Shown here: piece by piece, positions 29,743 through 39,942 of the stretch
Layout: each line of letters begins with the position of its first letter
Position numbering within the stretch: position 1 is the stretch's first letter
Assembly: GCA_041651155.1 (NCBI GenBank)
Contig: JBAZJU010000001.1
Location: 91,932-155,931 of the forward strand
Direction of reading: 5' to 3'
DNA from: Patescibacteria group bacterium
GTDB taxonomy: Bacteria > Patescibacteriota > Patescibacteriia > CAIXNZ01
DNA length: 64,000 nt
The notes under the pieces: model-generated
Told to the model about the DNA's origin: nothing
What the model saw: only the letters and a program-made list of their open reading frames with translations
Database searches by the model: none
Translations under genes and position numbers: made by a program

Positions 29743-29985
29743 TTAAATTAATCGTTTATTTCTAAAAGCAATGCCTGAAGATGTTTTAAGATATCTTTCA
29801 AAGTTTAATGCTTTTTCTTTATTTTCAAATGCGCAGTAAAAAATTATTTTCCATGGTTTAAATGTGTCAGTATATTCCGAATTACCTTTATTATGATCAA
29901 TTAGTCTATTATCGATATTCTCGGAAAATCCTGTATATAATTTTTTAGGGAATTTGATGCTTTGGAGAATATAAACAAAAAACAT
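29743..29985 (-). CDS. GIY-YIG nuclease family protein
   Basis: FVYILQS...YTGFSENIDNRLIDHN...FERYLKTSSG. Confidence 0.92.
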   Translation of the reverse strand: MFFVYILQSIKFPKKLYTGFSENIDNRLIDHNKGNSEYTDTFKPWKIIFYCAFENKEKALNFERYLKTSSGIAFRNKRLI

Positions 29986-30160
29986 TGTTTCGTTTTTATT
30001 TTAAAAATTTTATTAAATAGCTCGTCATTTTAGTGGCGTGCCATTCGAAGCGCAGTAAAAAGATTTTAACTTGCCCTTCTTCGCTTATTCTTTGTTATTC
30101 TCTTAGCTAAAATCTTAAAGTTAATAAAGCTACGAAGGGCATTCTTCGCTGCGCGAAGAA

Positions 30161-30549
30161 TGGAGATGGCGGGAATTGAACCCGCGTCTAGAAAGCCTTT
30201 TAAAATACTTCTACAAGCTTATTTTAGATTAAAATTACGCCTTAAGATAATAATCTAAACAAAAATCTTAGGGCCTGCCTTAAATTTTTAGCTTAATAAC
30301 TTAAGGCTAAATTATTGAGCGAGCCTGAATTTATGGCACCCAATACCTTTTATCAGGCATCAAAGGCGTGGATGGTTGCTGTTTTAGTTAAACTGCAACT
30401 GACGCAAGGTTAAAAGCAAAAGCTGCTTTAACATTGCTTAATAAGTTTTTTGCACTTATTAGATTTCTATTTTTAGTTTTACGAGATTAAATAGCATGCT
30501 CGGCTTGCGATATTTTTAAAAGATCTTCCTATCGAGGCCTGTCATCCCC
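30161..30549 (-). ncRNA. ssrA: tmRNA; tag reading frame AKNLLSNVKAAFAFNLASVAV* (30453-30388)
   Basis: 5' GGGGAUG pairs with 3' CAUCUCC-A including G3:U; T-arm GCGGGTTCAATTCCCGC; adjacent to smpB; AATAAGT-GCA resume context. Confidence 0.95.
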
Positions 30550-30630
30550 GAGTGACTATTGTAAAACAATTGTAAGAAAATTGTAAGACTATTGTTTTAC
30601 CAGGTCTTACAATTGTATTACTAACATTCA

Positions 30631-31083
30631 TTATCTGAATCTAGTTTTTAGGGCTCTTTGAACGCTTCGTTTTTCTTCTCTTTCTTTAATTGATCTGCGT
30701 TTATCAAAGAGTTTTTTTCCTTTGGCTAAGGCTAGCTCTAATTTGATTTTCTTATGCTTAGTATACAATGAAAGCGGGATTAAGGTCAAGCCTATTTGCT
30801 GTAATCTTACAGTTAAAAAGTGAATTTCTTTTTTATTTAGTAATAATTTCCTTGAGCGCGTAGGATCATAGTTTGGTAATGGTCCTGCCATTTTATAGGC
30901 TGGCACATTGGCATTGATTAAATATAGTTCGTTTTGATGCAGAGTCACATAAGCGCCTTGTAAGCTGGCATGGCCAGCTCTGATTGATTTTACTTCTTGC
31001 CCTGTTAAAACTAAGCCAGCCTCGAAAGTATCCAGGATTTGGAAATCAAATTTAGCTCGTTTGTTAAGGGTTAAGACTGTCAT
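30631..31083 (-). CDS. smpB: SsrA-binding protein
   Basis: NKRAKFDF...EAGLVLTGQEVKSIR...RSRKLLL...KGKKLFDKR. Confidence 0.98.
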   Translation of the reverse strand: MTVLTLNKRAKFDFQILDTFEAGLVLTGQEVKSIRAGHASLQGAYVTLHQNELYLINANVPAYKMAGPLPNYDPTRSRKLLLNKKEIHFLTVRLQQIGLTLIPLSLYTKHKKIKLELALAKGKKLFDKRRSIKEREEKRSVQRALKTRFR

Positions 31084-31131
31084 ACTTTTTGCTTAATGCT
31101 TATATTTTATAATATCCTATTTTTAACAAAT

Positions 31132-31285
31132 AAAGAAGGCAAAAACCTTCTTTTTAAGTCTGAACAGCAAATTGCTGGTCACAGAGCCAAATAAGGAAGT
31201 CAGCTTTGGTTTTAGCCTCGCTGACTTGGGTAATAGTTTTTTCTTAAGGCCTGTAAACAGCAACCTGTTGTTCAGTCAATGGTAA
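31132..31285 (-). ncRNA. candidate 6S-like RNA
   Basis: TTGACA-17-TAATTT promoter (31320-31292), rod-like fold with A-rich central bubble, terminator at 31132-31155; no ORF. Confidence 0.6.
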
Positions 31286-31380
31286 TTGCTAAAATTAGCA
31301 TATTTTTTTATTTTTGTCAAGGTTTGACCAATTGGCATTTTTTTCGTATAATAAAATTAGTTAATTATTAATCAAGTTAT

Positions 31381-32439
31381 ATGGATTCAGCCAATTCTAA
31401 GAAGATTAATCTGGATATATCAACCTCATCAATAATTAAAGTATTAGTCGTAATTTTTTTAGTCTGGATTTTGTATTTAATCAGAGACGTAGTGGCGATT
31501 TTGCTTTTTGCCTTTATTTTCGTGTCAATTCTTGAACCTGCGGTCAACTGGTTGCGAGCCAGAAAGATCCCCAGGACTTTATCAGTAATCTTGATATATT
31601 TAGTTTTATTAGCGGTTTTAGGTCTGATTATCGCTCTGATAATTCCGCCGATTAACGATCAAATTGATCAAATCTCAAATTCTTTCCCGGCCTATTGGCA
31701 AAAATTTAATTTGGAATTCGGCAATATCAGCCAGTTTTTAAACCAATACGGAATCGGCCAGGAAATTGAAAATGCAATTGTTAATTTAAAATATAATATT
31801 CCGCAGACAACGAGCGGCTTATTTTCTCAGGTTGGCCAATTTTTCTCTGGGGTATTTTCAGTCTTTATCATTTTAGTCATTATTTTTTATAGTTTGGCAG
31901 AAGAAAATGCGACCAAAAGGATTTTTCGTTCCATCTTGCCCAGCCAATATCTGCCTTATACTTATCAAGTTTTCAGCCGTATCCAAAACAAATTGGGTCT
32001 TTGGTTGCGGGGCCAATTAATATTAAGCTTAATTGTGTTTCTTTTGGTTTATATCGGGCTTTTATTTTTAGGCGTCAGATATGCGTTAATTTTAGGCATT
32101 ATTGCCGGCCTGGTAGAATTTGTACCCTATATCGGTCCGATTATGTCTGGCATTTTGGCTGTGACCCTGACGTTTTTTCAGTCGCCAATCAGCGCGCTCT
32201 TAGTTTTAATTTTATATGTTGCCATCCAATTAGTGCAAAATAATATCCTCACTCCTAAAATTATGCAAAGGGCAGTGGGCTTGAATCCGGTTGTGAGCAT
32301 TGTGGCATTACTCATTGGCGGTAATTTAGGCGGAGTAATTGGGGCAATATTAGCTATCCCATTAGCCACTGCCTTGAGTGTCTTTGCTCAGGATTTTTTG
32401 GAAAAGAAGAGGGCGCGTGAATTAACGCTTGAAGAATAA
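31381..32439 (+). CDS. AI-2E family transporter
   Basis: WLRGQLI, EFVPYIGP, LNPVVSIVALLIGG..GVIGAILAIP. Confidence 0.93.
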   Translation: MDSANSKKINLDISTSSIIKVLVVIFLVWILYLIRDVVAILLFAFIFVSILEPAVNWLRARKIPRTLSVILIYLVLLAVLGLIIALIIPPINDQIDQISNSFPAYWQKFNLEFGNISQFLNQYGIGQEIENAIVNLKYNIPQTTSGLFSQVGQFFSGVFSVFIILVIIFYSLAEENATKRIFRSILPSQYLPYTYQVFSRIQNKLGLWLRGQLILSLIVFLLVYIGLLFLGVRYALILGIIAGLVEFVPYIGPIMSGILAVTLTFFQSPISALLVLILYVAIQLVQNNILTPKIMQRAVGLNPVVSIVALLIGGNLGGVIGAILAIPLATALSVFAQDFLEKKRARELTLEE

Positions 32440-32449
32440 TTTTTTTAAA

Positions 32450-33205
32450 ATGACAAGAATAGATGAAAATAATAACCACAGCAATATCAGCGATTTGGAA
32501 GCTGAGGTGGAAAAATTAAAAAAGACTTTAAAACGCAAGAAAAATAAGAAATTTTTCAATTGCGGCTCTTGTTTGCTGTTTTTTATTTTATTTTTGCTGA
32601 TAAGCGGCTTGGTCGGGGCTTATTATGTATCTCTTAGCGGATTGATAGAAGTACCTTATTTTACCAAAAAGTTCTATCATGAGCCCAGGCCAAGTTATTT
32701 AGTCAATGCTGTAAATTTAGGAGTGGCTCAGAAAGATTTTATTCAGGTTCTGGAAGCTGAAGCTAAAAAACAGGTTTTGCTGCAGAAAAAGACCACTAAT
32801 TTGAAGCTGAATTTGGGAATTAGCGAGGGGCAATTGTCAGCTATGCTCAGGGAACAAGCGCAGAAAAACGAAGCCTTGAACCAAAGGATTGAATATATCC
32901 AGTCTGCGGTTTTACCCGATGAATTGGAAGTATTTGCCAAGCTAAAAGAGCCCAAATTGTTTATTACCTTCAATATAAAGCCAACAATTGAAGATAAGGC
33001 ATTAAAATTAAAAACTGATAATTTCAAAATCGGGAACTTGCCAATGCCAAAATTTATTGGTAATATGATTATTACTAATTTTGCGGCCAAAAGCATAAAT
33101 CAATTATTAGCCTCATTCTCAAGTATATTTGAAATTACGGCCATAAAATTAGAGGCCAAAATGGTCTCGCTGGAGATACTTGTTAAAAATTTAAATTTTA
33201 ATTAG
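32450..33205 (+). CDS. hypothetical membrane-anchored protein
   Basis: single TM after CGSC; start uncertain. Confidence 0.6.
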   Translation: MTRIDENNNHSNISDLEAEVEKLKKTLKRKKNKKFFNCGSCLLFFILFLLISGLVGAYYVSLSGLIEVPYFTKKFYHEPRPSYLVNAVNLGVAQKDFIQVLEAEAKKQVLLQKKTTNLKLNLGISEGQLSAMLREQAQKNEALNQRIEYIQSAVLPDELEVFAKLKEPKLFITFNIKPTIEDKALKLKTDNFKIGNLPMPKFIGNMIITNFAAKSINQLLASFSSIFEITAIKLEAKMVSLEILVKNLNFN

Positions 33206-33206
33206 A

Positions 33207-33968
33207 ATGCTTTTTCGAAAAATAATAGTATTTTTTTGTCCGTTATTGTTATTTTCGGCTTTGGAATTAATGTTTTTTAATATTAGTCTGCTGCCATATT
33301 GCCTGGCATTTAGCGCCTTGATATTATTTATAGCCTTGAAATATTTAATTAAAGGCAAATTGCTGAGCTTTGAATTTCTATATTTAAGCCTTTTGCCTTT
33401 TTTATTCCTGATTACGACTGTGTTTTTCCTTTTTATTTTAAATGATAATTGGATCAGGCATGCTATTATTGCCAGTTTCGTCATTATTTCAGGCTTTTAT
33501 TTGGAAAATATTTTCCTTTATTTTAATCAGCCTGACGTCTATCAGCTTGAAACCCTGGAAAATTTTTCCAGTTTTTTAATTCTTATCATTTTTTTTCTGC
33601 TGGCGGTTAATCTGAACTCACTAAGTGTTTTTATTAATTTGCCGCTCTGGCTGCTTTCAATAATTTTGCTAATTTGTCTGACGCTTTTACTCCTGGCCGG
33701 CTTTTGGTTCGGCAAATTAAAACATGAGCTAAAAACCGTTTATCTTCTGATTATAAATATAATAATATTAGAAGTATTCTGGGGTTTGTCTTTTTTGCCC
33801 ACAAACTTTTATGTCAGCAGCATTATTTTAACGATTTTTTTCTATTTTTCATGGGGAATAATAAAGGCAAAATTACATGATGAATTAGACAGGAAAAACA
33901 TCTGGCGTTACCTGGCGATAAGCTCAATTTTGATATTTTTAATAATTATAACTTCGTCTTGGATATAA
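33207..33968 (+). CDS. polytopic membrane protein (DUF5656-like)
   Basis: ~8 TM segments; EVFWGLSFLP motif. Confidence 0.6.
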   Translation: MLFRKIIVFFCPLLLFSALELMFFNISLLPYCLAFSALILFIALKYLIKGKLLSFEFLYLSLLPFLFLITTVFFLFILNDNWIRHAIIASFVIISGFYLENIFLYFNQPDVYQLETLENFSSFLILIIFFLLAVNLNSLSVFINLPLWLLSIILLICLTLLLLAGFWFGKLKHELKTVYLLIINIIILEVFWGLSFLPTNFYVSSIILTIFFYFSWGIIKAKLHDELDRKNIWRYLAISSILIFLIIITSSWI

Positions 33969-33988
33969 AAAATTAACCTAATCATCAT

Positions 33989-35146
33989 ATGGAACAAGAA
34001 GCAAAGAAAGCAAAAAAAGGTTTTAAATTATTTGGCGTAATCGTGCTGATCATTGTAGCGGGTTTTGTTGCCGGCTTGAGCGGAGAATTTATAGCGCGTT
34101 ATTATTTGTCTAATGTGGCTTTTTTCAGGGATTTGTATTTTACAGGAAGTACAAATCAAACCCAGGGTGAAATAGTGATCAATGATCCAAGGAAAGTGGT
34201 CGTAGAGCAGGATTTAAGATTGAGCCAGATTAAAAATGAAATTCGCCCCTCGGTCTTAAATATTTATAGCCGTCAAAAAGATAATAAAAATTTGCTTGAT
34301 AATATATTTTTGCCTGAAGATTTTTTAGGCCAGGCAATAGTGCTGACCAGCGACGGCTGGCTGATTAGCAATGCAAATGTCAGTCTTGGCTCGCAAACAG
34401 GCGTAGTCATTGGCGAAAATAAAAAAATATACAAGATTGAAAAAATCATACAAGATCCAGCCAGCAGCATTAATTTTATAAAAATTAATGCGCAAAATTT
34501 GTCTGTCGCCAAACTGGCGGACATTAGTAAAATTACCGATGGGGAACAATTAGTCGCTTATAATAGTTTTTCTAATATATTTAATTTAGCCAATATCTCC
34601 AATGGGAAATATAAAGAGATTAGCAGCCGTTATGATTATATCAACTCAACCCAGATTTTAGATAAAGCTATCTTATTAAATAAAAATTTAGGTTCTGACT
34701 TTGTAAGCGCGCCAATTTTTAATTTCCAGTCAGAATTAATTGGATTTATATACAATTCCGCTAATACAGCCAATAAAGTTATTCCCATCAATTATATTGA
34801 TCCAATCATAAACCAGGTATTGAAAGGCGAAAAAATTACCAGGCCATATTTGGGAATTAATTATATTGATTTAGCCCAGGTAGACGGTTTAGATGAAACT
34901 GTCAGGCAAGGCGCGATAAATGGAGCCTTGATCTGGCCCAATCAAAAGGGGATTGCTATCGCCGCTGACAGTCCTTTAACCGGTAAATTAGTAAAAGGCG
35001 ATATAATTACCAGTTTTGAAAATCAAGCACTGGATGCCAATAATAACTTAAATGACTTGCTTTTAGAATATAAAAGCGGCCAGCAAGTAAGCATTAAATA
35101 TTTGCACGAACAAAAAGCAGCTGAAATCAGCATTGTCTTGAAATAA
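33989..35146 (+). CDS. HtrA-like trypsin/PDZ protein, catalytic triad apparently lost
   Basis: GQAIVLTSDGWLISNANV, RPYLGINY, GDIITSF PDZ. Confidence 0.8.
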   Translation: MEQEAKKAKKGFKLFGVIVLIIVAGFVAGLSGEFIARYYLSNVAFFRDLYFTGSTNQTQGEIVINDPRKVVVEQDLRLSQIKNEIRPSVLNIYSRQKDNKNLLDNIFLPEDFLGQAIVLTSDGWLISNANVSLGSQTGVVIGENKKIYKIEKIIQDPASSINFIKINAQNLSVAKLADISKITDGEQLVAYNSFSNIFNLANISNGKYKEISSRYDYINSTQILDKAILLNKNLGSDFVSAPIFNFQSELIGFIYNSANTANKVIPINYIDPIINQVLKGEKITRPYLGINYIDLAQVDGLDETVRQGAINGALIWPNQKGIAIAADSPLTGKLVKGDIITSFENQALDANNNLNDLLLEYKSGQQVSIKYLHEQKAAEISIVLK

Positions 35147-35322
35147 ACATTGGATATATACCTCTAACTTTAGCCCTAAAAGGTTATTTTAGAACAAAAG
35201 ACTCTTATTGAAAGAGTTTTTTTGTTTGCGTTGGTCTTGACAAACTTTAGATTATGTGATATGATTTTAAATCAAATAATAACTTATTCAGGAAGCTATT
35301 TCCTGGGATAAATTTAAATTTT

Positions 35323-36135
35323 ATGGAAAACTTACAATATTCAAAAATTTTAAGAACAAATTGGGACATTGTGGCTTTAATCATAGGCATTACAATGGTT
35401 TTATCATTGATAATCAGCTTAGTTCAGCCATTCCAATATTCAGCCGGCACCCAGATTTTAATTATTCAAAAACAAGAATTAAATACTGATGCCTATACAG
35501 CTACTAAATCAGCCGAAACAATCGGTAAAAATTTAGCTGGCATTATTTATACCTCGTCTTTTTATAACGAAGTTATTGAATCAAACAGCGCCTTGGCCGG
35601 TAAATTTCCCCAGGATAGCATTGAACGAAGAAAGGAATGGAAAAAGAATGTGAAGGCGATTGTGTTGCCAGAAACCGGCATGTTGGAAATTGATGTTTAT
35701 GATGCTGACCGGAATTTTGCTTCTCAACTAGCCAGAAATATTTCTTATGTCTTAGTTAATAAAGGCTCTGAATACCATGGCGGCGGTACAAATGTGGAAA
35801 TTAAAGTGGTTGATGATGTTTTTATCAGCAAATATCCAGTCAAGCCAAATGTCATCTTAAATAGTTTATTGGCTTTAATAATCGGCTTTATCTTAGGCAG
35901 TATTTTTGTGATTTTGAATGAAGCCAGCAAATTAAATAAAAATACAAATACAAATCTAATCTCAGAGCTAGATAAACCTAAAGAAATTGAGGCTAATGAA
36001 AAATTAGTAAATAACTATGAAGTAATTCGGGCTAATCTTGAGAAAGATTTTGGGTTTGTGTCTGAAGCAGAAACCCCAGCTCCTGTAGCTGAAAGGAAGA
36101 TAGAAATCAGAACAATGTATGACCATTTGCAATAA
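35323..36135 (+). CDS. Wzz/CpsC-like polysaccharide chain-length determinant
   Basis: two TMs flanking a periplasmic region, YSAGTQILI, PVKPNVILN. Confidence 0.8.
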   Translation: MENLQYSKILRTNWDIVALIIGITMVLSLIISLVQPFQYSAGTQILIIQKQELNTDAYTATKSAETIGKNLAGIIYTSSFYNEVIESNSALAGKFPQDSIERRKEWKKNVKAIVLPETGMLEIDVYDADRNFASQLARNISYVLVNKGSEYHGGGTNVEIKVVDDVFISKYPVKPNVILNSLLALIIGFILGSIFVILNEASKLNKNTNTNLISELDKPKEIEANEKLVNNYEVIRANLEKDFGFVSEAETPAPVAERKIEIRTMYDHLQ

Positions 36136-36275
36136 ATTTAATAAACTTAAATAATTTCAACAAATCACCCTTAGCCGTATGGCAGGGGTGTTTTGTTTTT
36201 TGGGCCTAAAATTTGACAAAAATTAAAAATTGTGTTAGAATTAAGATATTATTATATATATCTATTTTCTCAAAT

Positions 36276-37262
36276 ATGGCTAATCTTAGACTGCCAAATG
36301 ATTTGGTTTTGGCAATTACCTATAATTGCAATTCAAAATGCCGCATGTGCAATATCTGGAAAACAGAGCAAATGCCAGTTTTAGATTTGGCAGAATATAA
36401 AAAATTGCCCCAGAACTTAAAAGAAGTAAATATAACTGGCGGTGAGCCATTTCTTAGCCCTAATTTAATTGAAATAATCAAAATATTAGTAAACCTAAAT
36501 CCTCTGGTTAGGATTATTATTTCAACTAATGGCTTTGCTACGGAATTAATCAAGACCAAGATGCAGGAAATTTTAAAAATTAAGCCTGATATTGGCCTGG
36601 GGGTTTCAGTAGATGGCATAGGCGCAGCTCATGATCAGATAAGAGGTATTTCCGACGGTTTTGACAAGGTTATGGCTACGATTAAGGCACTTCAAGCCAT
36701 GGAGGTAAAGGATTTACGCTTGGCCTTTACGGCCGGGGATTATAATATCTTAGAATTAAATAAGGTTTATAAATTAGCCCAGGAATTAGGCGTGGAATTT
36801 AGCTTGGCTGCGATTCACAATGCTGATAATTATTTTAATACCGTAGACAATCAGATTAACCGGATTGAAGATTTTAAAAAAGAATTTAGGCGCTTGATTC
36901 AGGCTGAATTAAAATCATGGAATTATAAAAAATGGCTGCGCGCGTATTTTGCCTATGCGCTATTAAGATTTATTGAAACAAAAAAAAGATTACTGCCAAA
37001 TTATTCCGGCCGAGATAATGTATTTATTGATCCGCTCGGCGATGTTTACCCGGCTGATGTATCCGGTCATTTAATGGGTAATTTGAAAGATTTCCCTAAT
37101 TTTAAGGAGCTGTATGATTCAAAGCGAGCTCAGGAAGCAATTGCTTTAGAAAAATTAGATCAAAACTGGATGATTTGCACAGCCAGAAGCGCTATAAAAA
37201 GACATCCTGTGGCGATTATAGCCTGGATCTTAAAAAATAAGCTTTGGGGAGCAAAATTATAA
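36276..37262 (+). CDS. radical SAM protein
   Basis: TYNCNSKCRMC, ITGGEPFL, STNG, VSVDG; start at ATG 36276. Confidence 0.92.
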   Translation: MANLRLPNDLVLAITYNCNSKCRMCNIWKTEQMPVLDLAEYKKLPQNLKEVNITGGEPFLSPNLIEIIKILVNLNPLVRIIISTNGFATELIKTKMQEILKIKPDIGLGVSVDGIGAAHDQIRGISDGFDKVMATIKALQAMEVKDLRLAFTAGDYNILELNKVYKLAQELGVEFSLAAIHNADNYFNTVDNQINRIEDFKKEFRRLIQAELKSWNYKKWLRAYFAYALLRFIETKKRLLPNYSGRDNVFIDPLGDVYPADVSGHLMGNLKDFPNFKELYDSKRAQEAIALEKLDQNWMICTARSAIKRHPVAIIAWILKNKLWGAKL

Positions 37263-37263
37263 T

Positions 37264-38646
37264 ATGGCTTTAATTAAAAATAAAATATTTTGGCTAATCA
37301 TAATTCTGGCAGCTCTTATAACCGCCAGTCTTAGCCTGACCAATGAAGGGTCATGGTATCCTTTAATTTTTTTAATTTTTATTTTGCTGTTTTTAATTTT
37401 TTTAAGCCGTCCAGAACTGGGCATTTACCTGATCGCTTTATTATTCCCTTATAATGACTGGCTGTTTATTTATTATGAATATAATATTCCTTATGTTGAT
37501 TTAATTGCTTTGCTTCTTTTTATAGCCTGGTTGGCTAGAGTAATATATTTATATCTGGAAAAACGTGAAAAATTAAGCCTGAAAAATTTTCCTCTTTTAG
37601 GCTTGATGCTTGTTTTTATAATCGCTTCATTTTTATCCTTATTAAATATAGAGGGGCAATGGTTGTTGATGGGCATAAAATACATTTTTAGGCCGATAAT
37701 TTTCTTTTATCTCATGTTTGTGATTTTGCCGTTTAATATCATTGATAATTATAAAAAGCTGGACAATACCTTTAAAATCATATGTTTTACGGGCATGATC
37801 TTAGCTTTTATCGGTATCGTCTCTTTAATTATTCCTCCGTTTGAAAATATTAATAGGGCAATGCCAATTTCTATTTTTGGCATCTGGCCTTTAGGCAGCA
37901 ATCAAAATGCTTTGGCTGAAATTTTTGTCGTGACCATACCGCTGGCTTTGATTTTATTTTGGAAAGAAAAAGATATTTTTATGAAAGCAGTCTATTTAAT
38001 CTGCGTATTATTAATGGCAGGCGTGAATATGCTGACTTTGTCCAGAGCAGGTTGGATTGCTTTTGCTATGGAATTATTATTGTTAGTGATTTTAAAATAT
38101 CGCCATGAAGTCAAAAAATTTTTTACCAACTCTTTGTCTTATATAATTGGCTTACTGCTTGTCCCTGTTATTTATTTAATGTATCAATTGTTTGCTTCAG
38201 GTATAGTTTCTGCATCAGATTCAAACCGTTTAAAATTAATTGATATTGCTCTGACCTTATTCAGCAGCCATCCTTTTTTGGGCAATGGGGCGGGAACTTT
38301 TACTTTAATTTTAGGGCAAATCAGGTGGTATCTGATTGAATATGGAGGGGTACTTGATGCCCATAGCTATTTATTTAAAACATTGGCTGAAACAGGCGTA
38401 GTCGGAACTTTAAGTTTTATCGCGCTTTTAGCTTATGTTTGTTATATTATATTCAGAGGTTATATTAAAGCTAAAGATAGCCAGGCGTCGTTAGTTATTT
38501 TGGGCTGTTTTTTGGCAGTAATCGGCGCTTTCATATTCCAATTTTTTGGCACAAGCTACTATTTAGCCAAGATGTGGCTGCCAGTAGGATTGGCGTTGGC
38601 AAGTTTACAAATTTTTAATTTATATAAAGTAAAATTATTTACATAA
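37264..38646 (+). CDS. O-antigen ligase/Wzy family protein
   Basis: LTLSRAGWI, HPFLGNGAGTF, DAHSYLF..LAETG. Confidence 0.88.
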   Translation: MALIKNKIFWLIIILAALITASLSLTNEGSWYPLIFLIFILLFLIFLSRPELGIYLIALLFPYNDWLFIYYEYNIPYVDLIALLLFIAWLARVIYLYLEKREKLSLKNFPLLGLMLVFIIASFLSLLNIEGQWLLMGIKYIFRPIIFFYLMFVILPFNIIDNYKKLDNTFKIICFTGMILAFIGIVSLIIPPFENINRAMPISIFGIWPLGSNQNALAEIFVVTIPLALILFWKEKDIFMKAVYLICVLLMAGVNMLTLSRAGWIAFAMELLLLVILKYRHEVKKFFTNSLSYIIGLLLVPVIYLMYQLFASGIVSASDSNRLKLIDIALTLFSSHPFLGNGAGTFTLILGQIRWYLIEYGGVLDAHSYLFKTLAETGVVGTLSFIALLAYVCYIIFRGYIKAKDSQASLVILGCFLAVIGAFIFQFFGTSYYLAKMWLPVGLALASLQIFNLYKVKLFT

Positions 38647-38650
38647 TTAT

Positions 38651-39193
38651 ATGATTTTAAAAGACATTAAACGAATTTGCGGATTAAACCAATGGTCGGG
38701 TCTAAAAAAGATTAAAATTATTTTTATGCCTGGTTTTTGGGCTATTTTAGTTTACCGTTATGGTAATTTTTTTACTCGCTTAAATATTCCGGTCATTAAA
38801 CAACTTGGTTTGATTGCCTATTTTCCTTTTAAAATTTTAGTGGAAATTTTTTGGGGCGTTTCAATTTCACGGAAAGCAAAAATTGGTCCTGGATTTTTTA
38901 TAAATCATTTTGGCTGTATTTTTATCCATTTTGACGCGCAACTAGGCCAGGACTGCGTTATTAGCCAGGAAGTGACAATTGGCGTCAAAGGCTGGGATAC
39001 TCATGCTGGCGCGCCAAAAATCGGAGATAGAGTCAGAATCGGGCCGGGCGCTAAAATTTTAGGTCCCATTACGATCGGAGATAATTCAATCATTGGCGCT
39101 AATGCTGTCGTGACTAAAGATGTGGAGGCAAATAGCGTGGTTGGCGGAGTGCCTGCAAAATTTATTAAAACAAATCTAGTCTTAAATCCTTAA
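38651..39193 (+). CDS. serine O-acetyltransferase-like hexapeptide acetyltransferase
   Basis: AKIGPGFFINH, PKIGDRVRIGPGAKILG, IGANAVV. Confidence 0.88.
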   Translation: MILKDIKRICGLNQWSGLKKIKIIFMPGFWAILVYRYGNFFTRLNIPVIKQLGLIAYFPFKILVEIFWGVSISRKAKIGPGFFINHFGCIFIHFDAQLGQDCVISQEVTIGVKGWDTHAGAPKIGDRVRIGPGAKILGPITIGDNSIIGANAVVTKDVEANSVVGGVPAKFIKTNLVLNP

Positions 39194-39201
39194 ATAAATT
39201 T

Positions 39202-39933
39202 ATGTCAGAGCAAACAAATAAATTATTTGATAAATATTTGTCCACTAGTTTTTTTGAAACCAATCAACTAGAGGCAAGCTTGGATAATATTAAGCATATT
39301 GCCTCAACTTATGATTGGAATTATAAAAAGATAATTCCGGCTGATAAAAATAGCAAAATTTTAGACATTGGCTGCGGCTTAGGTCAATTTTTATATTGGT
39401 TAAAAAATAATGGCTATAATAATTATTTGGGAGTAGACTTAAGCCAGGAAATGCTGGATTTTTGCAAGGCCAATGTAACCGGCCAGGTTTTAAAGATAAG
39501 TTCCATGACTGAATTTTTGGCTGACAAAAAAGATCAATATGATCTTATTGTTTTAAATGACGTGATTGAACATCTGCCCAAAACTGAAATTATTAATGAT
39601 TTGGCACTAATTAAATCAGCTTTAAAACAAGGCGGCATGTTAATTGTGAAAACAAATAATTTGGCTGCCATCACCGGCCCCAGATTGCGCTATGAAGATT
39701 TTACCCACGAAGTCGGCCTGACTGAACATAGTTTAATGCAAGTTTTACTGCTTGCTGGCTACAAACAGGTGGAGATTCGAGCTTTTGCCATGCCCAGAAC
39801 AAGCATCTTGCGCTGGATTAGATTTATTGTCCAGACGATTTTACACCAGCTGTGGCGTTCAATGTTCTTTTGGGAATTTACCCTTGTGCCAAAGATTGTT
39901 GATGAATTAATCTTTGCCGTAGCCAAAAAATAA
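39202..39933 (+). CDS. class I SAM-dependent methyltransferase
   Basis: ILDIGCGLG, DVIEHL. Confidence 0.9.
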   Translation: MSEQTNKLFDKYLSTSFFETNQLEASLDNIKHIASTYDWNYKKIIPADKNSKILDIGCGLGQFLYWLKNNGYNNYLGVDLSQEMLDFCKANVTGQVLKISSMTEFLADKKDQYDLIVLNDVIEHLPKTEIINDLALIKSALKQGGMLIVKTNNLAAITGPRLRYEDFTHEVGLTEHSLMQVLLLAGYKQVEIRAFAMPRTSILRWIRFIVQTILHQLWRSMFFWEFTLVPKIVDELIFAVAKK

Positions 39934-39942
39934 ATTTTAAAT

